Shown: one piece after another, positions 18,719-32,499 of the stretch | How positions within the stretch are numbered: the first letter of the stretch is position 1 | How the letters are laid out: every line of letters begins with the position of its first letter | Assembly: GCA_025928375.1 (NCBI GenBank) | Contig: JAICJP010000001.1 | Span: 1 to 48,192, forward strand | Origin: Candidatus Sulfotelmatobacter sp. | GTDB taxonomy: Bacteria; Acidobacteriota; Terriglobia; Terriglobales; Acidobacteriaceae | Direction: 5' to 3' | Length of the DNA stretch: 48,192 nucleotides | The notes under the pieces: generated by a model | Told to the model about the DNA's origin: nothing | Database searches by the model: none | Seen by the model: the letters and a program-made list of their open reading frames with translations, nothing else | Program-made: the position numbers and the translations under genes

Positions 18719-19747
18719 ATGAAATCGACCTCGTCCAATCCGCTGACGTTCCAGGAACTCATCCTGCGGCTGCAGGCTTTTTGGGCCGAGCGCGGATGCG
18801 TACTGCAGCAGCCCTACGACACGGAAGTGGGCGCGGGAACCATGGCTCCGGAAACTTTCCTGCGGGTGCTTGGGCCGCAACCTTACAAAGTCGCGTATGT
18901 GCAGCCTTCGCGGCGCCCAGCGGATGGACGTTACGGCGAGAATCCCAACCGGCTGTTCAAGCACATGCAGTTGCAAGTGATTCTGAAGCCGCCGCCCGAG
19001 AATGTTCAGGAGCTCTATCTGGAATCCCTGGGCGCCATCGGCATCGATCTGCGGCAACATGACATCAAGTTTGAAGAAGACAACTGGGAAGCGCCGACCT
19101 TAAGCGCATGGGGTGTGGGCTGGCAGGTGATGCTCGACGGACTCGAGATCACCCAGTTCACCTACTTCCAGCAATGCGGTGGCATTGATCTCTTACCTAT
19201 TTGCGCTGAGCTGACTTACGGGCTGGAGCGCATCGCCGCCTTCTTACAGGATGTCGATTCGATCTACGACATCGTGTGGGCGCGCGATTCGGAAACGGGC
19301 AAAGCGGTGAAGTACGGCGACGTGCGTCTTGCGGACGAGTTGCAGTTTTCCGTTTACAACTTCGAACTCGCCGACGTGGAAAAGACCTGGAAGCACTTTG
19401 AATTATGCGAGGCAGAATGCCGGAGGCTGCTCGAAAGCTACGCGGGCTTGGCCGGAGATAAGGGGAACACCGACGGATTCGCTCGCGAGAAATCCCGATT
19501 CCCGCTGTTAGCTGCCTACGATCTATGCCTGAAGTGTTCGCATGCCTTTAACATTCTCGATGCCCGCGGCGCAATTTCTGTCACCGAGCGCGTAGGAGTG
19601 ATTGCGCGCGTGCGGGCCCTCGCGGTGGGCATTGCCAAAGCGTGGGTGGATCAGCAGAGAACCGGGCCGGACGAACGCTCTACCCAGGCTGAGCCCGCTT
19701 CAGAAAAAAAGATCAAGAAAGAAGCGCTTTCCTCGGTTGGTTCCTGA
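18719..19747 (+). CDS. glyQ: Glycine--tRNA ligase alpha subunit
   Basis: [18 protein letters not shown]...PYD.EVGAGT and [17 protein letters not shown] match GlyQ. Confidence 0.95.
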   Translation: MKSTSSNPLTFQELILRLQAFWAERGCVLQQPYDTEVGAGTMAPETFLRVLGPQPYKVAYVQPSRRPADGRYGENPNRLFKHMQLQVILKPPPENVQELYLESLGAIGIDLRQHDIKFEEDNWEAPTLSAWGVGWQVMLDGLEITQFTYFQQCGGIDLLPICAELTYGLERIAAFLQDVDSIYDIVWARDSETGKAVKYGDVRLADELQFSVYNFELADVEKTWKHFELCEAECRRLLESYAGLAGDKGNTDGFAREKSRFPLLAAYDLCLKCSHAFNILDARGAISVTERVGVIARVRALAVGIAKAWVDQQRTGPDERSTQAEPASEKKIKKEALSSVGS

Positions 19748-19846
19748 GGATTGGCGAAAGCGCCAGAATGGGAACTGTGTCCGCACTTGTGATTTACATC
19801 ACTTTCTATGGGCCTAAGCCTTTGAGAGACTGAACGGAACAAGAGC

Positions 19847-21991
19847 ATGCCAGATTTTCTCCTGGAGATTGGGTGCGAAGAGATCCCGGCGCGCATGATC
19901 GACGCCGCGTCGCAGGAACTGCGCGAACGAGTGGGAGCGTTGTTGGTTCGGGAACGTTTGGGCGGCGATGCAATTACTACGTTTGAAACTCCGCGCCGGC
20001 TCTCGATCCTGGCCTCTGGGATAGCCAGCACTCAAGAGGATGTCAGCGAGCAGGTGACGGGTCCTTCGGCGCACGTTGCGTACAAGGATGGCCAACCTAC
20101 ACAGGCCGCGCACGCCTTTGCGAAAAAAGCTGGGGTTGACGTCTCGCAATTAGAGAGAGTCTCCACTCCCAAAGGCGAGTACCTGGTTGCGAAGGTCACT
20201 AGGAAAGGCCGGTCCGCCGCGGAAATCCTGGCAGACAGTTTGCCGAAAGAAATCGCGACTATTTATTGGCCGAAGAACATGTACTGGCGCAAGCCGAACG
20301 AACGTTTTGTGCGCCCGGTGCGGTGGCTGGTCGCGATGCTGGATGGCCAGACCATTCCGCTTGAGTTCGACGGCATTCCCGCCGGCAGCCAGTCGCGTGG
20401 GCACCGCATTCTGACGGACGTGGCGGTTAACATTTCTCGAGCCGGTTCGGCCTACGTGGACGCGCTGCGATCTGCCAAGGTGCTGGGGCGCGCGGAACGT
20501 GAGCAGCAGATTCGCAAGGCTCTCGATGCCGCCACTCGGACGATCCCCGGCGCGCAGTGGCGCGAGGACAGGTCCCTGCTCGAAACCGTCGTCAATCTCA
20601 CCGAGTTTCCTTCCGCCATCCTGGGCGCGTTTGACTCCCAGTTCCTGGCACTCCCCGAAGAAGTATTGGTCACTGTGATGCGCGATCACCAGAAGTATTT
20701 CGCTATCCAGGACGCAAACGGCAAGTTGCTGCCGCATTTTCTTGCTGTGCTTAACACTGATAGCGATCCGCAAGGATTGATCCGGCATGGCAACGAGCGG
20801 GTGCTACGGGCGCGCTTCAATGATGCGCGATTCTTCTGGGAGACAGATCAGAAGAAGTCGCTGCTGGAGCGGCTCGAGTCGCTGAAGCATGTCACCTTTC
20901 AGAAGGATCTGGGCAGTTATTACGAAAAGACACAACGCGTCCAGCGCTTGTGCAGTTGGCTGAACGAACAATTGAAACAGCGTGGGATCATTGTGCGTCC
21001 CGGAGTAGTTCACAAGGCGGCTTGCCTGGCTAAGACCGACCTCACTACGGAACTGGTGAAGGAGTTTACCGAACTGCAGGGTATTGTTGGCGGTTTGTAC
21101 GCCCGAGTGCAGCAGTTGGATACGACTCTGCCTGAGGCTACCCGCCTTGCTATCGCGGATGCGATCTACGACCACTACAAACCGGAGTCGACCGACGATT
21201 CCGTCCCCCGGTCGCTCGAGGGGGCGGTGCTTTCCATTGGCGATAAGGCCGACACGATTGCAGGCATGTTTGCTCTCGGCCTGGTGCCGAGCGGGTCGAA
21301 AGATCCGTTTGCCCTGCGCCGCCAGGCGAATGGCATCGTGAAAGTCATCGCCGAAAAGAAGTTGCCGCTGCACTTACGCGAGTTGATGCAGGATGCGCGC
21401 ACCGGGTACCACAAGTCGCAAGCAGAGAAGAAATTCGTTGATGACCGGAAATACCTGGAGTCGATTGAGACCTTCTTCCGCGAGCGGCTGGATTTCTACC
21501 TCCGCGACGTATGCGGTTATGCCTACGACGTGGTGAAAGCGGTGCTTGGAGCCGACAGCGACGATGTAGTCGATGCGCTCGCCCGCGCCGAGGCGGTGAA
21601 GCGCGTCCTGCATATGCCGGAGTTTCAGGCTATCGGAGCGGCCTGCAAGCGCATGCGAAACATCTTGCGGCAGGCGGAGGAGAAGGGAAATGCTCCGGCC
21701 GTGAGCGCCGAACCTCTACCCGATTCCGCGCAGGAAGAAAAAAATCTCTTTACCTATTTGCAGCAGAGCGGTGCCAATGTGGAAGACTATCGCAAGCGGA
21801 AAGAATATCTGCCCGCCTTGCAGTTGCTGGCCACCGCCCGGGAACCTGTGGACAAGTTCTTCGACAAGGTGATGGTGATGGTGGAAGATCAGCGAGTCCG
21901 GGCCAACCGCCTGGCATTGCTGCGAATGCTGCTAAAGGAATTCTCCACGATCGCGGATTTTTCCGAGATCGTGACCGAAGGAAAAAGCTAA
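19847..21991 (+). CDS. glyS: Glycine--tRNA ligase beta subunit
   Basis: MPDFLLEIGCEEIPARM N-terminus, 714 aa, directly downstream of glyQ. Confidence 0.95.
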   Translation: MPDFLLEIGCEEIPARMIDAASQELRERVGALLVRERLGGDAITTFETPRRLSILASGIASTQEDVSEQVTGPSAHVAYKDGQPTQAAHAFAKKAGVDVSQLERVSTPKGEYLVAKVTRKGRSAAEILADSLPKEIATIYWPKNMYWRKPNERFVRPVRWLVAMLDGQTIPLEFDGIPAGSQSRGHRILTDVAVNISRAGSAYVDALRSAKVLGRAEREQQIRKALDAATRTIPGAQWREDRSLLETVVNLTEFPSAILGAFDSQFLALPEEVLVTVMRDHQKYFAIQDANGKLLPHFLAVLNTDSDPQGLIRHGNERVLRARFNDARFFWETDQKKSLLERLESLKHVTFQKDLGSYYEKTQRVQRLCSWLNEQLKQRGIIVRPGVVHKAACLAKTDLTTELVKEFTELQGIVGGLYARVQQLDTTLPEATRLAIADAIYDHYKPESTDDSVPRSLEGAVLSIGDKADTIAGMFALGLVPSGSKDPFALRRQANGIVKVIAEKKLPLHLRELMQDARTGYHKSQAEKKFVDDRKYLESIETFFRERLDFYLRDVCGYAYDVVKAVLGADSDDVVDALARAEAVKRVLHMPEFQAIGAACKRMRNILRQAEEKGNAPAVSAEPLPDSAQEEKNLFTYLQQSGANVEDYRKRKEYLPALQLLATAREPVDKFFDKVMVMVEDQRVRANRLALLRMLLKEFSTIADFSEIVTEGKS

Positions 21992-22059
21992 AGGACCAGT
22001 TTTAAATTACTAAATTACAAAATCCGACCGAAATTCTGACCCACAAAGGACTCATCCCC

Positions 22060-24858
<2,799 letters not shown>

Positions 24859-24880
24859 CCACTCGGATACTGCTCCCTAC

Positions 24881-24917
24881 GCGGCTTGAGCGTTCGTGCT
24901 CAAGCCGCAACTTTTTT
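24881..24917. terminator. Rho-independent (bidirectional) terminator after ppdK
   Basis: GCGGCTTGAGC-gttcgt-GCTCAAGCCGC forms an 11-bp stem, followed by aaCTTTTTTgg. It overlaps the stop of the convergent ORF 24900-25352. Confidence 0.8.
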
Positions 24918-25352
24918 GGCCGAAACAGGATTTACATCTTGTCCAATCAACGGCTGGAGGCGAGGTTTGGGGAAGCGCCGCTCACGGTGATCGTCCGATG
25001 GATGAGCTACCCGCGAGAGTCGGCCTTCGCTGGATAGATGCTGATGGGCCTGTAACCAGCCGGGAATCTCTCCATCGGGAACGGTCCAGTGCGCATACGC
25101 GGCTTCGTCGCACCATTGAAACAGTCGCGGCATAACTCGGGCGTGAACGCCGGCGCCACGAAATGACTTCATGACGCGTTCATCCTCCCACCCAGTGAGG
25201 GTCCAGAAAGTCCGTCGGGCGTCGATCAGCAGTCGCCCCCCGCAGAATCCCGCCGCGCGCGCAACCTGGCGCTGGGAAGCGAACGTGTACCAAAGGAATG
25301 CCGGCATGTGCCGCCAGCGACGAACTCGTAACCGTGTCACCGATACAAGCAT
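24900..25352 (-). CDS. Hypothetical protein (150 aa; possibly ABM/Dabb-fold-like)
   Basis: ATG ORF convergent with ppdK. No firm family call from sequence alone. Confidence 0.45.
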   Translation of the reverse strand: MLVSVTRLRVRRWRHMPAFLWYTFASQRQVARAAGFCGGRLLIDARRTFWTLTGWEDERVMKSFRGAGVHARVMPRLFQWCDEAAYAHWTVPDGEIPGWLQAHQHLSSEGRLSRVAHPSDDHRERRFPKPRLQPLIGQDVNPVSAKKVAA

Positions 25353-25411
25353 AATCTCGCGTTGTTAGAAACAGCCGGGTAAAGCGAGATTCAGAGAATT
25401 TGAGCCCGCGC

Positions 25412-26002
25412 TCACTGCACCTTCTGCAGCCGGGCAATGAGTTTTTGCGGTAAGCTCTCGTCCGATTCAGACCACAGGCGGCGCGAGGTCGCACGTGTTT
25501 TCATTTCGATTTTCTTCGTGAATTCCAGCAGCCGCAGAACATTCTCCCGGATTCTTGCCTGAGTCTCTTCCGTGAGTTTCACCTGCTCCTGCACAAAGAG
25601 TGAATCGAGGCCGAAGTCGATCTGAATGTGACCGGTCTCTTGTTGGGTGCCTTCCTCAAACTCCTCCCCCTGCGCCGTGAAGGTGACCAGGCTGGGTACG
25701 AGCAGCCATTCTCCCTGTTCGTTCGGTGTCCAAAGATCCCAATAGGCTTCGAAAACGTATGCGTAGTCATCGTGAATCAAATCCGCCGCGACAACCATTG
25801 CCTGTTCGGACGGAATTCCCGGCGAATAGCGTTGTTCCAGAATGCTGGCTTCGTTCCACGAAACCGGTTGCACCGCCACATAGGTAACTCCGGGACGCTG
25901 CTCGGAAAAAGGGAACTGCTGCAGCACTGCATTGATATGAAGCACCATGGCTGGCCCGTTGAAGTCCGGAAACCACAGGCTCAGATAGAGGGGGTCGGCC
26001 AT
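25412..26002 (-). CDS. Hypothetical acidic protein (196 aa) downstream of the KaiC-like/kinase pair
   Basis: ATG ORF on the same strand, 65 nt downstream of the kinase. Composition is coding-like. No recognised domain. Confidence 0.55.
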   Translation of the reverse strand: MADPLYLSLWFPDFNGPAMVLHINAVLQQFPFSEQRPGVTYVAVQPVSWNEASILEQRYSPGIPSEQAMVVAADLIHDDYAYVFEAYWDLWTPNEQGEWLLVPSLVTFTAQGEEFEEGTQQETGHIQIDFGLDSLFVQEQVKLTEETQARIRENVLRLLEFTKKIEMKTRATSRRLWSESDESLPQKLIARLQKVQ

Positions 26003-26067
26003 AATTCTTACACGATTGCTATCAGTTCTATTCTAATGCGCGAACAGCAGTTTAGGCCGAGTGCCTT

Positions 26068-27297
26068 TCAATCGAGGGGAAGCGCATGCGGAGCGTCTTC
26101 CACAAAAACTGGTTCCGTCGCCTCTCGCTCCTTTGTTTGAGACGATGGAAATGGGATCGTGGCACGCAGAAGGGTCCCGTCCAGGTTGGATTCGATTTCG
26201 AGAAAACCTCCAAGCTCTTTCAGTCGTTCTCGAATCCCGGCCAGTCCGACCCCAGTGTTTCCCGTTTTCCAGAAACGGTCCAGAATTTCGCGCGGCACTC
26301 CCATCCCGTAATCCTTCACGGTAAGAATCACCTTAGCGTCGCTCTCCATGACGCGCACATCTACGGCCCGGCTCCCGGAGTGACGATGAACATTGGTGAG
26401 AGCTTCCTGCAGAATACGAAACAACGCCGTTTCGGCGCCGCGCGGCAGCCGGGTTAGGTGCTCGGGAAGTTCAAGGTTAGTGCTGATCCCGCTGCGCCGT
26501 CCAAAACCCTCCACGTACCACCGGGCTGCTGAAACGAATCCCGCCTCGTCCAGCAAGGGAGGATGCAAAAGGTGAGACAAAGTCCGAGTGTCAGAAATGC
26601 AGCGATCCACCAGCTTTTGGGCCTCGCGCAGGTGGGCGGACTCCAAGTCGGACTCCTGGGCTAGCATATCGAGGGTAATTTTTGCAGCAGTGAGGTCCTG
26701 TCCGAGGCTGTCGTGAAGCTCGCGAGCAATGCGCCGGCGCTCTTCATCCTGAACTCGGAGCAGTTTGACGGATAAGCGGCGCAGCGCGGCTGTACGCTGT
26801 TCCACCAGCGACTCCAGTGCGTCGTGAGCGCGGCGGAGAGCCTCCTCTGCCGCTTGCTGTTGCTTCATATGCTCCCGAACCTCGTATTGCCGCCGGCGCG
26901 CAAGCAGCGCGCTGCGTACGGTACTCACAAGGGTCACTGGACGCAGTGGGCGCTCCAGCAGCGTCACATTGCCTAACGGAGCGCGCGAGCGAACGGCGGA
27001 TTCTGTGCTGGCTGTGCTCAGCCCCCCGCCCGTCAGAACCATGACCGGGAAATCCGACCACGGTGGCTGAGCTGATATTCTTTGCGCGAGGGCGCCAATG
27101 GTTCCGTTGTGCAGCACTTCTTCGGTCAGAATCACCGCCCCGGCATCTTCCGAAATCGCAGCACATAATCGCTCGATCGTGGGCAGTGTCTGAACCGCGA
27201 ACCCAGATTGCTGCAACACCCTTTCGATCAGGGCTGCGTCCTTGCCAAAAGGCGCGAAGACGAGCACCGGAATGTCAAAGGGATGACGATCAATCAT
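26068..27297 (-). CDS. Sensor histidine kinase (HisKA_3 + HATPase_c) with N-terminal pseudo-receiver domain
   Basis: H-box RRRIARELHDSLGQDL and ATP-lid motifs DYGMGVP / GVGLAGIRERL are present. The N-terminal CheY-like fold lacks the acidic pocket: FAPFGKDA replaces DD, and VILTEE has Thr at the phospho-Asp position. Confidence 0.8.
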   Translation of the reverse strand: MIDRHPFDIPVLVFAPFGKDAALIERVLQQSGFAVQTLPTIERLCAAISEDAGAVILTEEVLHNGTIGALAQRISAQPPWSDFPVMVLTGGGLSTASTESAVRSRAPLGNVTLLERPLRPVTLVSTVRSALLARRRQYEVREHMKQQQAAEEALRRAHDALESLVEQRTAALRRLSVKLLRVQDEERRRIARELHDSLGQDLTAAKITLDMLAQESDLESAHLREAQKLVDRCISDTRTLSHLLHPPLLDEAGFVSAARWYVEGFGRRSGISTNLELPEHLTRLPRGAETALFRILQEALTNVHRHSGSRAVDVRVMESDAKVILTVKDYGMGVPREILDRFWKTGNTGVGLAGIRERLKELGGFLEIESNLDGTLLRATIPFPSSQTKEREATEPVFVEDAPHALPLD

Positions 27298-28810
27298 TCA
27301 GAGGCCCCTTCTCGAGCAACGGCACGAGCGAGGTCGGGCTGCCGGAAAGGATCCCCTGAAAATCAGACAGTGGCGGCCCAACGTGAATAGTCTTGGGACC
27401 AAGCCGAAGTTCACGAATCGAGCGCTCGTGGCTGCCGCTCCGCTTCTTCATCATCGAGATAGCCTGGCGAATTTCCCCCGCCGCCTCAAAATAGCGCAGG
27501 ATCAGGATGTTGTCTGCCAGGTAACTCACGTCGATCGGAGTTTGCATGGCACTGCCGACCAGTCCCATTTGCGCCAGGATCATGAGCGTCACCACCCCAC
27601 GGTTGTTCAGGTAGGTAAGCAGTTCGTGCAGATGTAGAGCAAGGAATTGCTCCCCGGGCATGGCTTGCAGGAACCCGTTCAAGCTGTCAATCAAAACGCT
27701 GCGTACGTTGCGATTTTCGACGGCGTCGCGAACCATATCGACAAACTCGCCGGGAGAAACTTCCGCGGGATCGAGATGGGAGAGGATTACGCGGCCGGAC
27801 TCAACATGTTTGCTGAGATCCATGCCGAGGCCGGCAGCCCGGCCCATCAGAGTTTCGACCGTTTCCTCAAAAACGAAAGCGACGGCATTTTCTCCGCGTT
27901 CGGCCGCAGTGGTCAACCAGCGCAGGGCAATCGTGGTCTTGCCGCATCCCGCCGGACCGATCAGCAGGGTACTGGTTCCGCGATCCAGCCCACCCCCGAC
28001 TAGAGTGTCGAGCTCTGCGATTCCACTCCGGGCCGGCTCTTGCTGGGCGTGGCCGTTACTATATTCCGCCGCGACCAGCCGCGGGAAGATAACAATGCCT
28101 CCGCTGCGAATCAGATAATCGTGATACCCTTCGCGAAAAGCGCAGCCCCGCAGCTTCGTGACTTCCAGACGCCGCATGCTTTTGCCATACTCACGGGCCA
28201 CCCTGCTCATCGTGATGACTCCGTGCACGATGCTGTGCAACTCCAGATCGGCATAGCGGCTGCTGCGATCGTCCAGCAACATCACCGTGCAGTTCTCCGG
28301 AGCATATTCCTTTAAGGAGAGGATCTGGCGGCGGTAGCGCAGCGGGTCCTTGGCCAGCATTCTTACTTCCGAAAGAGCATCGATGACAAGGCGGTGAGGC
28401 TTGCGTCGGTCTACCTCAGCCATGATGGCTTGGACCCGATCACTCAACTCGACTTCGGCGGGATGGAAGACCGTGTATTGCCCATCGGGCCTGAGGTCCT
28501 CTTCGCTGGGCCGCACTTCGAGTACAGCGGAGGCATCCACGGCTAAGTGGTGCACCCGCGCGACCGTAAGAAGCTCCTGGCGTGATTCGGACAGAGTTAC
28601 ATATAAGACTTTTTCGCCGCGCTTGATCCCCTCCGCGACAAATTGCAGCGCCAGTGTCGTCTTGCCAGTCCCGGGTTCGCCCTCAACCAAATAAAAATGG
28701 CCAGCTGGGAGACCGCCTCCCAGCACGTCATCGAGCCCGGCAGACCCGGAACTGCATCGGGCTATGGTCGGATGTGATTGCTCGGCCTGCAAGTCATTCG
28801 AACTTGTCAT
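27290..28810 (-). CDS. KaiC-like double-domain RecA-superfamily ATPase
   Basis: Two Walker A motifs (GEPGTGKTTLALQF and GPAGCGKTTIALRW) with GLDDVLGGGLP / ELDTLVGGGLD lead-ins. Start is uncertain (ATG 28810 chosen; ATG 28873 and TTG 28993 are possible). The stop overlaps the kinase start by 8 nt. Confidence 0.85.
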   Translation of the reverse strand: MTSSNDLQAEQSHPTIARCSSGSAGLDDVLGGGLPAGHFYLVEGEPGTGKTTLALQFVAEGIKRGEKVLYVTLSESRQELLTVARVHHLAVDASAVLEVRPSEEDLRPDGQYTVFHPAEVELSDRVQAIMAEVDRRKPHRLVIDALSEVRMLAKDPLRYRRQILSLKEYAPENCTVMLLDDRSSRYADLELHSIVHGVITMSRVAREYGKSMRRLEVTKLRGCAFREGYHDYLIRSGGIVIFPRLVAAEYSNGHAQQEPARSGIAELDTLVGGGLDRGTSTLLIGPAGCGKTTIALRWLTTAAERGENAVAFVFEETVETLMGRAAGLGMDLSKHVESGRVILSHLDPAEVSPGEFVDMVRDAVENRNVRSVLIDSLNGFLQAMPGEQFLALHLHELLTYLNNRGVVTLMILAQMGLVGSAMQTPIDVSYLADNILILRYFEAAGEIRQAISMMKKRSGSHERSIRELRLGPKTIHVGPPLSDFQGILSGSPTSLVPLLEKGPLND

Positions 28811-29126
28811 AGAGTTGATATGGCACGCGAAACCCACTCTGCGCGAAAGCGGAATGAGTGCGCTTGAATCCATGATTTTTGATCCGACGCTTGGTCGTAA
28901 ATACATTGTTTTCTGTAGCGAAGTGAAAATGCAATCGTTGCCGGGAATGCGCTGGCGCCAAACTGGCAACAAGCTAATCAGAGCAGCGGCCAAGGGGCGA
29001 AAGCAATATAGGGAAGCGAGTGGAATTTCGGAAACCTATGGATGGCGGGATTTATAAAACCTGGGCTAGCGGCTCTGAATGACGGCCAAGGTGTTCTGAA
29101 GCTCAGGCAACCCAAAGCTTAGGACT

Positions 29127-29156
29127 TTGACACCACTCGAATGCCACTGCTACGAT
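29127..29156 (+). promoter_or_regulatory. Sigma70-like promoter candidate for tRNA-Glu
   Basis: TTGACA (29127-29132), an 18-nt spacer, then TACGAT (29151-29156), about 30 nt upstream of the tRNA 5' end. Confidence 0.4.
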
Positions 29157-29187
29157 GAATTGTTTTCCCGCACTCCTGCTGCAGATT

Positions 29188-29265
29188 GTCCCCGTCGTCT
29201 AGCCCGGCCTAGGACATCGCCCTTTCACGGCGGTAACACGGGTTCAAATCCCGTCGGGGACGCCA
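29188..29265 (+). tRNA. tRNA-Glu (anticodon UUC), CCA encoded
   Basis: Full cloverleaf by hand: acceptor GTCCCCG/CGGGGAC, D arm GTCT..GGAC, anticodon arm TCGCC-CTTTCAC-GGCGG, T arm ACGGG-TTCAAAT-CCCGT, discriminator G, then CCA. Confidence 0.9.
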
Positions 29266-29280
29266 AATCTAATCAACCAC

Positions 29281-29300
29281 TTAGGCCGATTTAGGCCGAT
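29281..29300. repeat. Perfect tandem 10-mer (ttaggccgat x2)
   Basis: Read directly from the sequence. It spans the integrase stop codon, 16 nt from the tRNA CCA end. Confidence 0.8.
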
Positions 29301-30544
29301 GTCCCCATTCCTCGCGGTACACTCTGCGGTACACCGAGATTTTCCCGAATCATGTGGACGACCTTGCGCTGCGCCGCCCGCTTTGTCGGTGTCAGCGCCT
29401 GCGCGTAGACGTCCAGTGTCATCTTGATCGAAGAATGGCGCAGCAACTCCTGCACTACCTTCACATCCTCGCCGTTGTCTTTGAGGAGGGTTGAGTAGGT
29501 GCGGCGGAAGGTGTGCCACCCAATACGTTTCTCGATACTCAGCTTCTTGGCCGCGGGTTGAATGTGATAACCCATGATCTTGCACAGCCAAAGTGGTTGT
29601 TTCCCGCGCTTCCTTCCCGCGCGGTTGCTGTCAGTCGCGAAGACCCAGTCGGTGGGAGCGTGATACGGCGTGTGCCGGTACCATTCAAGCAGGTCGGCTG
29701 CAATATATTCATCGATCGGGACCGGCTTCTGGGAGACCTCCGTCTTGCACCTTCCCACGTGCTGCTCGACGACTGATCGGCTCACATTGATTTGCAGGTT
29801 CAAAAAGTCGATATCCGCCCATTTCAAACCAGCCAGTTCCCCTCGCCGCAGTCCAGTGGCCATGTCCAAGAAGATCAAGACACGCTCTCGCAGACGAACC
29901 GCAGAGATCAATTTCTGCATTTCGCCGATGGTAAGGATGTCGGGAATGCTCATCCTCTTCGAACTCACCCTCACGCCTGAGCCCTTCACCGGTCCGGCGA
30001 TCGGATTTTTATCCGTGAATTCCCAGCGTATGGCGTGGTTGTAGAGAGCACTCATCGCGTTCCTGATTTTTGCTCTACTCCCACGAGCCAAACGCTCGGC
30101 TCCCTGGGTGTCCTTCTTCACGAGGTTCCTGAGCCAGTGCTCGACTGCCACGGCCTTTATATCGTTAATGTTCAGCTTGCCCCAGCGCGGCACGACCCAG
30201 CGATGGAGCAGCCACTTCAACCTGCTGCGGGTGGAATGAGCTCTGCCGGACTCTTCGTCTTCCGGTTCAGCAAGCTCGATGCGTTCGTAGTGCTCGATCA
30301 GAGCTGCGATGGTTATCGGACTGAGCTTGGTCGATGGCTCCATGTTGATTTTCATTCGCAGCCCAAGCAAAGCATCCTGCAGTTTCTTGCTCTTCAATGG
30401 GTATTCGCTAACGGGACCTATGGTTTTCTTGCAGGGTCGCAAGCTGCCATCCGGGTACCTTGAACGCCAGCGAAATTGCCAGCGTTCAATACCGTCTTTG
30501 CGGATGATGGTTGTGAGACAGCCATTCTGATATCGTGCCTGCAT
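29291..30544 (-). CDS. int: Tyrosine-type site-specific integrase (P4-like)
   Basis: ATGLRRGEL (Arg I), HTFRRTYSTLL (His-x-x-Arg), LLRHSS and TLDVYAQ (catalytic Tyr) are present. The gene is adjacent to a tRNA 3' end. Confidence 0.9.
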   Translation of the reverse strand: MQARYQNGCLTTIIRKDGIERWQFRWRSRYPDGSLRPCKKTIGPVSEYPLKSKKLQDALLGLRMKINMEPSTKLSPITIAALIEHYERIELAEPEDEESGRAHSTRSRLKWLLHRWVVPRWGKLNINDIKAVAVEHWLRNLVKKDTQGAERLARGSRAKIRNAMSALYNHAIRWEFTDKNPIAGPVKGSGVRVSSKRMSIPDILTIGEMQKLISAVRLRERVLIFLDMATGLRRGELAGLKWADIDFLNLQINVSRSVVEQHVGRCKTEVSQKPVPIDEYIAADLLEWYRHTPYHAPTDWVFATDSNRAGRKRGKQPLWLCKIMGYHIQPAAKKLSIEKRIGWHTFRRTYSTLLKDNGEDVKVVQELLRHSSIKMTLDVYAQALTPTKRAAQRKVVHMIRENLGVPQSVPRGMGTSA

Positions 30545-30832
30545 TCATTTTCTCCTTGAATTTAGGCACGGGTCGCTCGTCACTAAATTTACCCGTTCGT
30601 GAGCCCAGGCGTAAAGCTCGGATTCCAAGAAGCGCCATTGCTTGCGGGTCTTCCCCGTTAAGGGATGGGCTGGAACGATCCCCTGTCGAGCGAATCTCAG
30701 TAGGGTCTTCGCGCTCAGGTGCAGCAGTCCAGATGCTTGCTTTGCGTTGATAAACGGTTCGGTTGGAAGGGTTCCCGAAACGCCAGGAGAAATCTGCCTG
30801 ACCTGCAGGGCCTCATTGTCGGCTGGTCTCAT
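30545..30832 (-). CDS. Excisionase/AlpA-like helix-turn-helix protein
   Basis: INAKQASGLLHLSAKTLLRFARQGIVPA HTH segment. The stop abuts the integrase ATG with no gap. Start is uncertain (ATG 30832 chosen; the ORF extends to 30898). Confidence 0.65.
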   Translation of the reverse strand: MRPADNEALQVRQISPGVSGTLPTEPFINAKQASGLLHLSAKTLLRFARQGIVPAHPLTGKTRKQWRFLESELYAWAHERVNLVTSDPCLNSRRK

Positions 30833-31024
30833 TTGACACCTCTGCACCACATTTCCGCGCAACGTAGATGTATTTGGAATTTGGGGCAAGTCGAACAATC
30901 CGGTTGAGGCGTAAACGATCCTTGGGCCAATTCTCGAATCTGACGTTGCCTGCGCCGAGACGAAAAATCCGGAGCCAAAGGGCAGGTTGCCAGTCGATTT
31001 GACCGAAATTTCATTCGGCCCTAG

Positions 31025-32495
<1,471 letters not shown>

Positions 32496-32499
<4 letters not shown>

